64,000 bases of DNA, taken from Pocillopora damicornis. Its lineage: Eukaryota. Positions 48,701 through 61,900 of this stretch are shown piece after piece. A program made the position numbers and the translations under genes. Position 1 is the first letter of the stretch. Each line of letters begins with the position of its first letter. Location of the stretch: contig NW_020843990.1 in the NCBI RefSeq assembly GCF_003704095.1, forward strand, positions 1 through 64,000. The letters are read 5' to 3'. The notes beneath the pieces are model-generated. The model saw only the letters and a program-made list of their open reading frames with translations, made no database searches and was not told where the DNA came from.

Positions 48701-51700
48701 TAGAGCGACAAAGGAGGAGGGGTCGGGAGTACTAGCTAGCCCTCGTCCCTTTTTTAACTGTGATTATTATTTTTTTTTAAGTCAACAACTTACTAGCCTA
48801 ACAATTCAATTGATAGAAGAATGCGAATCTCCGTAATTAACGAGATATTTAGAGCTCATCCGCTAAAATTTCACTGTTTAATAGGACAACACAGCGTGGA
48901 TGTCGACATGACAGTCAAGTAGATACCCTGGGTGTGATGCGTTTGATTAAAGCCGGTCCCCCCCACCCCCCCGGAAGAAATCCCAGCTAAGCTCCTGCCT
49001 CATCTCTAAATCCTTCGGAAACCAGGTGCAGGCACCAGCCTCTTGGCTGCAGGAAAATTAAATACATGTTGCGGTGACAGAAGTTTGTCCCAATTAACCG
49101 CCTAACGTTTTTCGCTCACTCACCCGTCTTTGTGAAATACCACAAGTAATTGCGATGTCACTTATCCACGATTCAGCAAACATCATACCCTAAAAAAAAA
49201 AGGGTAATCATACATTGATTAGGTTGTAAGTTTGGTATCTTTAAAAATCAAGTTATAGTTTGATTTCGGCCCATTAAATTGACCAGTCATATCGCACGTA
49301 GTAACTGAGAGATTCAACAAGATGCATGACCTTCAAGCTAGTTTTTAAAATCAAACTAGAACTTTTTATTCAAATTCACTCGTAGCCTTCACGCGAAAAG
49401 AAAACTCCTGACTGGCAAAGAATACCATCTCAGTTACTCTGTTGTCAATCGCACAAAATCAACTAATAGAACAAAAGTATTTCAAACCTGCGGCCCGCCG
49501 AATCCTCTGAATGCAGTGTTGGAAGGAATGTTCGTCTTGCACAAATACCCATGTCCCCGAATATTTGGAATAAGGTAACAATTTTCCATGTGGAAAATCG
49601 CGCGCTCCATAACCTGCGGAAAACAATCATGCGCTTATAAGGGAAGAATTCAAGGACGGAAGCTGAGCGAATGAGATTAATAAGGGTTCTAGATAACAAC
49701 TCACAGATTTTGACAGATCCAAAGAATTTCCAGCATTACTGTACATTTTGACATCAAGAGCTTTGATTTTCCCATTTGCTGTGAAGCCGACCTAAAGATA
49801 AATAAGGAGTGAAGAGGAAATATGTGTCATTTTTCATCACTTTGAAAGGGAATGGGATCGTTAAAAGTTGTCATAATTGGAATAACACATGGAAAAAAAC
49901 TCTTTCGAAGTAGAAAACCACCAGAGGCGAGAATAAACGGAAAACGGACAACCTCCTGAGAAGATGAATAAGATAAACACGAGTTAAATATAACAAAAGA
50001 CCGTGGACAACGCAGATCACCTCAATAATCCCAGTTAGGATTTTTGGCAAATCAGCCTGCATACTGATTAATACTGATTGGATCAGTATGGATTAGTATG
50101 CGTCATCGTAGAATATGTATTGTACCTTGTATTTGGCTAAGAACGGGTGCCTAGTGCCAGTACTCTTCATGTCTTCATCTCGGTCAAGCATGCAGCGCAC
50201 AGGTTTACCAACCCTGAAACACAAATGACACAGGAATACTCGTATATTCGTTGTAATGAGTTAGAAATTTTTGGTGTCTCCGTCTTAAGATAATTACAGG
50301 CTGTACCAAACCGCACATGCTACAAACAGGGAAATATTTTCTACTTCCCTTTCAAGATTTGAAGACTTTGCCACTTACAACTCAAAGACAAAATATACAT
50401 AACTAATAAATGAATAATGAAATAGAAAAAAACTTAAAAGAAGGTAAAATAACTTACTTAGCTGCCGCCACAGCCACAACATTGCTCAGAAAGCAGTTAC
50501 GTGTCTCTTTACCACCAAATCCACCACCTGATTTATCAGAGCAAAAAAATAATTAAGTCCTATTCGACTACGAGCAGTCCCTCCTTTTCTGCGAAGTCCG
50601 TAGCGCGAGTAAAAAAAATCGGATCAATATCAGTATCTAGGCAACTGCCCCACCTACCCCATCCCCTAACCCAACAATTGGGTTAGGGTAGGGGTAGGGG
50701 TAGGGGTAGGGGTAGGTGGGCAGTTGCCCAGATACTAATATTGATCCAAAAAATAAACGAAAAAAAAAAACCAAAATTGATGTTAGCGCGCCGCACAGCA
50801 TTTTGAGAGTGGGGCACCTAACTCCCAGAGTTCCACGAGGTGCATTAGCATCAAATTTTTTTTCACCAATTCTTTTTCTACTCGCGAGACAGACTTCATC
50901 GTAAAGCAAGGATTGCTCGTAGTCTAAGTCCTATCAATTTTCCATTTAAGGAGTGTGACGTCTTAAAGTAGCCAATGGCATTGAAGCAATTTTTACGTCT
51001 CCCTTACCCATTCTCTTGGTCCGCACGACTATTCTGTTGGCAGGTACGCCCAATGCGCTGGCAACAAGTTTCTGTGGATTTTCAAAAAAAAGAATGATAA
51101 CTTGCAATTGAACTTCGACAATAGTGGATGGAGATTACCACTCTTATCCGACCCTAAAGAACACATTTATGTCCGCTGTGTAGAATATTGACCCACCACT
51201 GTCAGCAGAGAAGATTGAAGTAATTCAAGACTAAAGTGAAGTGATCGAGAACTTGCAATTTATGACGTAAGTAATCAGGTAGAAGGAGGTTGGAGAATTT
51301 GATACAATTTAGCAAACCAGATAAGCAGTTGAGGGTTTGTATAACTTTCGAGAATTCTTTCACCTTCTTTTACTGAAATAACTTTCTTAAAAAATGCAAG
51401 TGAATCTAAAACGTGACAACCACGTTTAAAAACTCTCATTCAGACACCAATCGCGTTTATAACCTCACGTCCAAACACCAACCGCGTTTACAACCTTACG
51501 TTCAAACACATCTACCGACAACTAAAAGCGCGTAGTCAGGAAACAACAGCAACAAAAAATGCTCTCCTACCTGTGTCAATGTTGGATTTTGTGTAGAAAC
51601 AAAAAGTTCCATCTCGCCATCTTCTCCCCTTGGAACAGCGATTGTTGCTTGTGTTTCCAGATAGAAGTGTTCCTGAAACAAAGAGAAAGTAATTAGTTTT

Positions 51701-54700
51701 TGTGCAAAGGGGAAATACTTTTTTTACGAATGTTGATAACCTTTTCAACTGGATAGTGTTTCATCGGTTTTGTCCGCACAGAGTCGCCGAAATTTCGGCC
51801 AGAGAATTAGTTCTAATCCTTGAAAGAGAAAGAAAGTTGGCTATACAAAGATGACTCACCTTGAGAGACTGCAGTTTCAACATTCTGCCCACTTCTTGTA
51901 CACAAACGTCTTTAAAATTTTATCTTTTACAATCATTTGATTCTAACCTGTCCTCCCACTCTCATCTCCCCTTCTAACACATGATCTGATTCAGCAAATC
52001 CTGCTTCTAGGTCTCCTTTCTGAATGCACATCGGTTCAGGGTTCAAATATGACTCCGCAGCTATAGCTTCCTGTCCACAAATAGAACAGATGCTTAAGTT
52101 TGTAGCTCTTCACTAAAAGTAAACTGTGAGTCTGGAGGCAATGGAAACTCTTAAATCAGCCTGCAGGAAAGGCGGCATTTTCTTTTGCGTTTCCAGGCCA
52201 ACGGAGGCGCGGTGAACGCCAGACAAGCTCGAGGAAGGCATGGGGCGAGCGCAAACAGGGAGACACGAACGAGGGGAGCGGCGCGAAATATCCCCTCCTC
52301 TCAAACGTGACTCGCCTTTAGCATATTCCTCGCGTTCGCAAAAAAAAAAAAAGCCTCCATTTGCATCAGAAATGTAAAAACCATGTAAAAGTGAACATTT
52401 TACCTCAATGGTTATTATTCTGGGAAGGTCCTCATAGGTGACCTTCACCAGCTGGGCTGCTTTTTGGGCCTGGGCCTGAGTTTCAGCGACAATGCCACCT
52501 ATTACCTGACCCACGCATGTCACCTATAGTAGAAAAAAAGGATAAATTTATGCAGAGGGAAGGGGTTAGTGCAGTCAAGTGCAAACTTTTTAAGTTAGAA
52601 ATCTTGTGTTGTTTCTGCCTTAATTAAGGGTCAAATGAAACAAAAGCAGGATTCCACAGCTCTACGATTGAGCTTTGTATCAAATACCATGATTTGGAGA
52701 AGAAAATAAGACGGGAATTGTCACGCTGCATTCCACTTAATCTACCAGTTTAACGTCAACGGCATTTTTCTATTCACCTGCGAGCTAATACTCTTTTCAA
52801 ATAAAACACAATGGCTTCAAGATTAAAGTAACCTTCCAAGGCGCCTGTCAATGACACGCAAAATCTAGAGGTTTAGAAATCAAACTGGCTCACGATTGTG
52901 AAACAAAACAAAATGGATCGAAATCCTTCAACAACAACTCAAAAAATGACCTTATAACCCTCCAATCCCACAGTGTGACTAACATCTAGTTTCTCCTTAC
53001 AGTATCATCCCTGAATCAAACATTCAAGTCATGAGAGTAAAGGAAATGATCGCCAACTTGAGAAGCTCTGATTGTTTGACAAATTCTCCTTGTTAATAAT
53101 ATGATAAATGCGAAGAGGAAAGTTTGGAGAATATGCATACTGATGTTAAGGTGTAAAGGGTTAAATCCTCGAACACTCCACATTTTTACCGTGAGGTGTA
53201 CGACATAACTGACAGCCGCGCGACACGGAACTTCGATGATGCATTTCCAGCTTTGAAACTCACTTGCAACTCGCGTGTTTGTAGTTCACGTATAATTTTC
53301 GAGTTGTTGCAAAATACAAATCACATCACACATCAAAAAGATAAAGAAAAAAAGGTACCTTTTCTGAGGCGAAGATCTCCTCGTCAAAGATTACAGGCCC
53401 TGTCGCGTTGCGACCTGGTACATCATCCACACCAACATATCTTTTAACCCCTGGTTGACGAAGTGCTTCACTTGGATCAACACCCCTGAAAATATCCAAA
53501 AACTACAAAGTTAATATCTTATGTATCAGAGTGCCCCCTTTGTTATTTTAAATAAAGCTCTGGGAAGCAATAAACATGTTCCTTTTCCTTACAGTTGAGA
53601 GACATACTGTGAGAGTAGAGTATTTTACCCTTGAACACAATCCAATAACATGGCCAGGTCTGGAACCCAGACCTCTCGACCCAGATCCCATCGCACTGAC
53701 CATAAGGTCCACGCGTCTCCGCCCCGTAATAGAAAGCAGGCAGCACCACAGTTTCTTTGGAAACTTCTTGCTAAAGAGCTTTTTTTTTTTTTTAAAGTTT
53801 TGGGTGGAGAGTTTGGCACGACCTAATTGTTTGGTTTAAAACGAGCGCGTGACGCGAATAAAGTGCGATTCTTTTTCTCTTGTAAGAGAGAAACTGGTCT
53901 TGCTTGTTAGTAAAGTTCTCTCTCCTGAAACTGCCGTAGTTTCGACTCGAAGCCAAGGATGCCTGATGAAATGCTAGGAGGGTAACGTTATAGTGGACTT
54001 GCATCGCATCCAGGGGGGGAATTAGTGATACTCCTAGTCGCTGCACGCTAAAGGAACCTGGAGAAGCACTTTACTAGATGGGCCGCTTAGCTCAAGTCCT
54101 TTTTTTCCAGACAGTATCAAAGCTTTATTTAAAAGAAAACAAACAATTTTCTTACAGGATTTTCGCATGTGCACGCTTGCTGAAGACGACACCCAAGTAA
54201 AGTTCTCCTTGAAAGGGAAAAATACAGCAATTTAGCTTTAAATCAACCTTAACTTGAAGTTTGAGACATTAATTCTTTGGATTAGAAATGTTGTTTTTTT
54301 TTCGCACGGTACCTTCAGTAAATTCATCTTTATCAAAGTAAAATAACTACGCAATCCTTAAATGAACGATTGATCCTTTTTTCTCACGATGTAAGAGTCA
54401 GGCTGAACGATATAATCGTGCAATCAATACACGATTGAAGAGCCAAACTCTTTCATTGTGAAACAAACGATTAAACGTTCAGCTATCTATCGAACCACGC
54501 TGAATAACAACATTTTTCTATAACCTATGTAATCCTTTAACTCCCAAGATCTGATGGTTAATTCCCCCCTCTAGCTGCTACACACTTCCTTTTCAATAAG
54601 TTAAGAGAGTTTGGTGTTAGATCAAGATAAAAACTTCTTCCTGATAAGTTTGAGTGTTCTCATTACCTGTTTGCTGGATAATGCATGGATGTTGTTGGGA

Positions 54701-55927
54701 GAAGTTGCATGTCAATCACTTTTGGGAGTTAAAGGGTTAAATACATTACCTGCATATTTAGGAATGTCATCGCAATAGACTGCCTCTCCTGTGGTTTGTT
54801 TGGCAGCTGCTAAGTGAGGCACAGGCCTACCAACAACATCTTCGATTAACTGATCACTGGGGACTTCCTGAAGTAATGACAATTACAGATGCGTGGACGT
54901 CAAGATAATATTTGTAACCCCACCCCCACCCCCACCCTATTAAATGGTTTTCTTCAAAGATAAACACTTACCTGAAATGTCTGGGTACTGTATGTTGTAT
55001 CTCTTTGAAAATGACCAGTTCCGCTTATAAACGACTTGGGTATATCAGCCTTATATGCTACCTATAAAACGAACAAACACTATTTTATTCATTTGAGTCT
55101 GGGTGCTTAATCAAATAAATATAGCAACACTAAATAAAGTAAAATTTTATTTCCGAAAAACATTCGTAAAGGTGCACAAAGTATACCTCTTGATTACTCA
55201 GCTGCAAGGTAACGTTTAAGTAGAACTTGAAGAAGAAGCTTGAGGCGAGCGATCTCCTGTACTCCACCTGACCGCCAGGTGCTCCGGGTGCAAGCGGCAG
55301 ATCTTCAGCCAACAGCTGACAAGCTTCCTGTACTATGCTCTCATTCCAAGTTCTACAAGAGAGAGTACAAACTTGATTACCATAATCGGTCTTAAGGCTA
55401 CCCTCCCTCGCTCACATCATACTACTCAAAGAAAAGTTAAGTTCATATCAGAGTATAGGTGATAAAGAGAGCACACTAAGAACTGTCATTCCTTTTTGGC
55501 GAAGTCCATGGCGCAGGTTTAAAAGAAAAATCAGTGAAAAAAAAACAGATTGATACTAACGCGCCGCACAGAACTCTGAGTGTGAGGTGCAGCAAACCGA
55601 ACCTCGCTAGTAAACCTTTCTTTTCATGCACCTCACCCTCAGGGTTCCATGCAGCCCGCTACCATCAATTTTTTTGTTTTTCATATTTTTTTTGACTTGC
55701 ACGACGGGATTCGCTGAAAAAGAGGGAATACTCGTAATCTATGAACTGCAGCGCACATACAGAACAAATAGTGCACATGAGTGAAAGATCCCACAAGTTA
55801 GAGAATACGTCAGTGTTCCTTGGTTATCAAAACTTAACCCAAATAGTTTATTAAAATGGAGAATTCCGTGTCTATTCACAAGTTTAAAGGATCAGGAAAA
55901 ACCCTTAACAACCCTGAAATTAATAAA

Positions 55928-55972
<45 letters not shown>

Positions 55973-58900
55973 TATAGCAGGTAATTTAGTGTTAACAACT
56001 GGGTTGAAAACGTAAATTAGCCACCGTAAAGGGTAAAAAAGCTGACGTTTCGAGCGTTAGCCCTTCGTCAGAGCGAAATTGAAAATTAGCCCGAAATTAG
56101 CCTGCAAGATAGCTTCACTTGTTTCTTAAGCAAAGGTATACAGTAACAAGCCTTAACCCTTTCACTTCCAAGATCTCATTAGCAATTCTCCTTACTGCCT
56201 GTGGCACAATTCTTATGATGTTACTTCAGAGAATTTGGTATTGGATCAACTAATAATCCCCTAACTTATATTTTTCTATATTCTCATCACTTGTCTGCTT
56301 GAAATTGTTTGGATAGTGTAAGGAGAAATTCTGTCTTGGTCTCTCAGCCAAACTAAGCAGTCACCAAATTGTCTCAAAATACCTGCCAGTGAGCCCTTTA
56401 ACAGTTTTCATTGCCATGACTGTTGTGGGGGCCAAGCCTCCAAAGCTGAAACTGCAATCCTGGATTTGCCATGAGCTGGATTGTGTTTCTTTATCAAACA
56501 ACACTCTCATGCCTGTATTGACTATAGCGATGTCATCTTCACGCCGTCGTGCTTGTTTAAATGCAAACACATATTCGTGCTGAAAACAGTAATATTTATT
56601 TACAAAATGAAAAGACAAATTTAGGGTAAAAATCATACTATTAGAAACAAATGCACTAACAAAGAAATGCAAGTTGCACCTTTTCTGTGAATGGAATAAA
56701 AATATCAACCAATATTTCATTTGCTTGCAAAATTGTTCTTCTGTAACCAGTAAAGAAATTCTCATCCAGTTTCACTTTTCTTCTTTTTCCTGTGATGCAA
56801 GAAACCAGAAATAAGATTCATGCTTCCAAGATAGCTTGATATCAAGATAAAAAATAGCAGCTTACAAGGTTTAAATGAATGCAGTGGGGGGGGGGGGGGG
56901 GNNNNNNNNNNNNNNNNNNNNNNNNNNNNNNNNNNNNNNNNNNNNNNNNNNNNNNNNTTCCATCTAAGGGGGGAGAGGCAAAACTCCTAGTTTCTTCATA
57001 TGACAGAAACTGACATCCCATTGAGCTCCAGCATTGTTGGGCCTACATTAACAATTTCCAAACAGCAGGTGTACCTCCAGCAGCAGCTAATGTAAGAGGG
57101 CATCTTGCAGCCATTAACACTGGATTTAAATCTGATATCGGACTGGCTGTCATAATGTTTCCTCCAATAGCCTGGAAGGAAAAATCATGTCAATATCTGT
57201 AAGATAAGTCTCGTAAAATTATCACTCAGATTGTGGCCCATGACTTCAATGAATCCAATTTTATTTGAACAATGCAATGGCAAAAGAACTATAATTGAAT
57301 AATTTTAACTGACATAAACTAAGAATATTCTTTCATTATAAAAGAAAGAAAAGGTATGGTTTACTTACCCCAACATTTCTAATCTGATGACCAGCAAACC
57401 ACTTGAGCATGTGAAGTATTGCTGTGAACCATCTGGTCTTGAATTCTGTAGAAGTAGAATAATGTAACACAACAGTTATGCACAATGACCAAACTCCCAG
57501 TGCTGAACAATACAACAATTATCATTCAGTTCAGTCAGTCGTAATGATCTTAATTAGCCCTTTAAAGCTCCTACTTCCAAATTCATTCTCTATTCCAAGT
57601 CGCGACTTGCCAAACTCAATAGCTCTAATTACAACAAAAATTGACAGCTTAATTAAAATGATAAGATATACAGAACAACTGGACAGTGATTTTCCCAAAG
57701 TTAACTAGTTATTTAAGTTTAGTTCACCATTCAAAGAAATCTGTTTAATTTAAGACTACTACCTGGCATGGACTGGCAAGCCTCACTAAGAACCTCTTCC
57801 AGAGTAGTCAGCGTCACTGATGCACCAAACCTGATGCCCTCTGCAGTGTGTTCCACGGCATTCAGCTCCGAGATGTGAGTAGGAGCTATCAGGATTGGAT
57901 AACTCTGATTTTTGAATTTCATCTCAATTCCTGTCAATGAAATGATGTTAATTTTAAAAATCATGATTAATTAAGGTGATAAACAAAAAGTTTGGAAGGG
58001 GAATTTAGCTGTCTGTCTTAGGTCACTGAGGTTTTTTATGGACCTTGTTCAGATAGCAATATAAATAATTGAAAGGCTGAGTATTTGGTGAAAAGACAAA
58101 ACTGCAATAAGACCTCTTGATGAGAGAATTGGACCCAGAGGCCAACTTTCACTAAGCGGGACACTGAATAGTGAACTAGGGTGTCAAACCCTGGCTGGTG
58201 ACACTGTGGCATGCTGCTAGACAAGGCACTTAAATCTCACACAACCTGCCTCCAACAGGTTTAAAAGGATTATGGGTACTGCAAAACTGTGAAGAAACTT
58301 GAGAAAGTGTCCATGAGGTAGGGAGGGGGTCAGGGGGTAGCCTTTATTTTGTTAGGCCACCATCCCATTTAAGGATATCAGGGGAGGTGTGAATTGATTT
58401 ATTATCATTAATAGCTCCTCAATAGAATTTTAATAAATAAATGTCAATACTGTATCATAGATTAGTTCTGACATCTCTCACCTATTTCAGTGTTACCAAT
58501 CACAAGTTTAGCTTGTGGATATTTTGTTTTCAGCTCCAACAACTCTTCCAGTGTTGTTGGTCTGATCCAAGTTGAATTATCTCCTTTGATATATAGAGTT
58601 CTTGGTTTGGCGGCTTCTGGGAGCTTTGGAGAAAATTAATGAATTGAAAATATTCTACTACAATCTTGAGTGTACTAAATTATCACCCTGTTGGAGATCT
58701 GTATCTGTACTAAATTCTCCAAGCATTTCAGCACTCCCCTGAACAAACTGGTAACTATGAAAATTAGCAAAACCAAAAATTAGTAAGAATATTATTCCAA
58801 TTTAACCCAAAATTCTCTTGAAAATCCAAGAGAGAAAGAGAGTTTCCTATCAGATAATTCATTAAGAGTCACTTTGACCATTAAGTTTAATTTTTACTGG

Positions 58901-61900
58901 TGGACAGGGGGGCCACATTTGAGTCTACTTAGAATCTTAGATTGCTTGAGAGCTATTAATACTCGGTAATCCAAAACTGGGATCATAACCATATTATAAT
59001 CTTAGGTGAAATTGGGGTAATGACAACATTCCCATTTTTCCCATGTATGATGACATGTGAAAACTATATTTTACTGATGTCACAAGCTGGAGTGGAACTC
59101 CTGCTTATTACAACTCCAGCAATGTAGTTCAAATTAGATTATAATGAGCAACAGGGTAACATGATAGTATTCTGCTTCCAATTCCACCAGTTCTACTTTT
59201 ATTAAATCAATCTGTATACTTCCAACAACCTCTCTAACATTTAAGCTGAGAGTGAACAAACTCACCATTAGTTCAGGTGGGAAGATAACGTCCTGAGTTG
59301 GGTCATATGGTGTAAATTCTGTTGACTTGAACAACTCATTGCAGCCCTGTAAGCATAGAAATAAAGCAACTTATTTATTTTTATTTTCTTTTCGACAACA
59401 AATCTAAGGTAAGGTTCTACTATCACAGTGATAATAGTCAATCCTTTAACCCTTTCAAATCCAAGATCTCATAAGTAATTCTCATTATTGTCTGTCATGC
59501 TTATGATGTTAGTTCAGAGAATTTGGTATTGGATCAACTACTGTTCTTATCCCCTAATTCATACTCATCATAATTTATTCTCGTCACCTGTTTGCTTGAT
59601 AATGTATTTATTTGATATTGTAAAGAAAAATTATGTCTTCGTCATGATTACCCATGAGAGTCAGAGGGTTAAGACTAAGCAGCAAATTAAGTCCGAAAAA
59701 TTTGTAAGAAAATTGGAAAACAATCATTTTCTCAACTCACATTTACAACTCCATTCTGCGATATGCCATTAGCGGTTCCATTTTGGTCCATTTCAGAGCA
59801 GCAACCATTAACACCTTTACCGCAACATTCCTTTCACAAAGATTGGAATTAATAAACATGTATTAAGTAAAAAGAAGATCAAAATGATGCTAAAATTTTC
59901 ATACTGCACTGAATTTAAAAGAAAAGAGCTAAACTGAAGCTTGCTAGGTCCAGTGCTGTAAGTTACAAGTGGAACACTACCTTTGTGAAGGTTTTGAGTC
60001 CTTCCAAAATTGGACGATATCCAGTACAGCGACATAAATTACCTGGTGGGAAATTGACAGAGGTATAGATGTGACGTCTAAAGCGACTTTATGATAAGAT
60101 GTACATGGTTCAAATGAGGAGTCAATATGCTCAAGAAAAGGTATCTGTAAAACCTCTGCCAAAAAAATTGAAGATATATTTGTTACTGACCTACTCATGT
60201 TCATGACACTTTGAAGATAACACATTTTAGATTGATGTGTTTCAAAGAAAAATTAGAGGAAAAACATGATTCTCATCTCTATCTTCATTATGAAAAGAAA
60301 CCAATTAATACTTTTCTCTATTTTTCTTCTGGTTTAAAAAAAGAATTTCAGACACTGATTATCTGCCTTGTACACAACCTTCCATGGGCAAGAGGGAGTT
60401 ATGTGAGACTTCACAACTCTGGTCAACTGAACACAAGAGGACCAATGCAAAGGTAACTTTAATGTACAATTTCAAAAACGAGTGTGAGGGTTTCATCTGG
60501 GTATCCAACCACAAGAAAACTGATGAGAGCACGAGGCTGCACAGGCCACGTGCTTTTATTGTGTTGGACTGTTTGGAAACCCTGATGAAACCCAATGCAC
60601 AAGCCTTAGAAATAGCTTCTCAGTCATGCCTCAGGAATAAAAAGAAAATGGAAATATTCCAATTTTTCACATGTTGTCAATTAATCACATGCTGTCATTC
60701 AAATTAAGAAATGAGTTTACTAGAGTTTGATGCTTTATCACAAGCAAGGCTTTGATACCATATGAAACTCATGGATAGCGTGTCATTCCAGTGTTTCACC
60801 AGGGTTTCAAACCAAATGCACTTTACAAAATTGGCATTTATGTGATAAAAAGGAAATAAGTTTGATTTCCTGCTACTTCCCTCTGTACCTTCAAAAGCGC
60901 TTTCCATCTCTTTATTAGTTGGTAGAGGGTTGTTTCTCAAAAGTGCATACATTGACATCACAATCCCTGGAGTACAAAATCCACATTGTGACCCATGACA
61001 CTTGGCAATCCGCTCCTTAGAACCAGAATAAATATGAATAAACCAACCTGTTTAGCACTTTTAAGAACTAGTTTCTAAAAGGATCGTTTAAATAACTTTA
61101 AAAATGAAAATTTTCAAACCCCCTCTAAAATTGTTTTTCATGCAATAGACACTCAGACAGGGTACACAAAATTGCCATATTTAAAGGTTGCATTCTTGTT
61201 GCTAAAGAAACAGGGCTACTTGTTCTTAGTTAATGACCAAAGTTCTTAACAACTCCTCTTAATAATAATTACAATTATCTGAAGATCCATGAAACTTGTC
61301 ACTGAGTAACTCAATTCACCCCACAAGATCACTTTAATCCATCTTTAGGCATTACATCATTTCAGTTTTAATTCCTTCTCTTATTTCCCAACTCTTAACA
61401 GAGCTGCCTCAAACAAACTGCTGTTACCCACAATGCATAATTCTGTGGCTAAGGGAGCAGAAATATCTAAGAAGACTTGAGATCCTCCTCTGATCTGCCA
61501 CTTAACTGGATTATTTCATCACCTCACCCTGAGTTATTGACTCTCTACATGTTCAAATAACTTTGCACTCCAGTTATAGTTAGGACTTTAAAAACTGCTA
61601 TAATTTAACATTCTATTTGATCCTATATATCTGTCCATAATGTTTCCATCAGTGCACATGTGATATACATGTTTTTAATGCTTTAACTCCCAAACTCGGA
61701 ATGACACTCCCCTCCAGCTGCTATACACTTCCTTGGTGTCAAATCAAAATAACAACTTTTATCTAATGAGTTTGACTATTTTCATCATTAAGCTGTTTGC
61801 TGGATAATGTATGGATATCATAGAGAAAAGTTGTATGTTACCTGCACAGGATGCAAGACAGTTTTGGTGCTTCCAATTCCTTCCACTGTGGTTACAGCCA

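Noticed and set aside
50680-50720. Interstitial telomere repeat
   Set aside because: Only one TTAGGG unit. The rest is GGGGTA inside a MITE arm.
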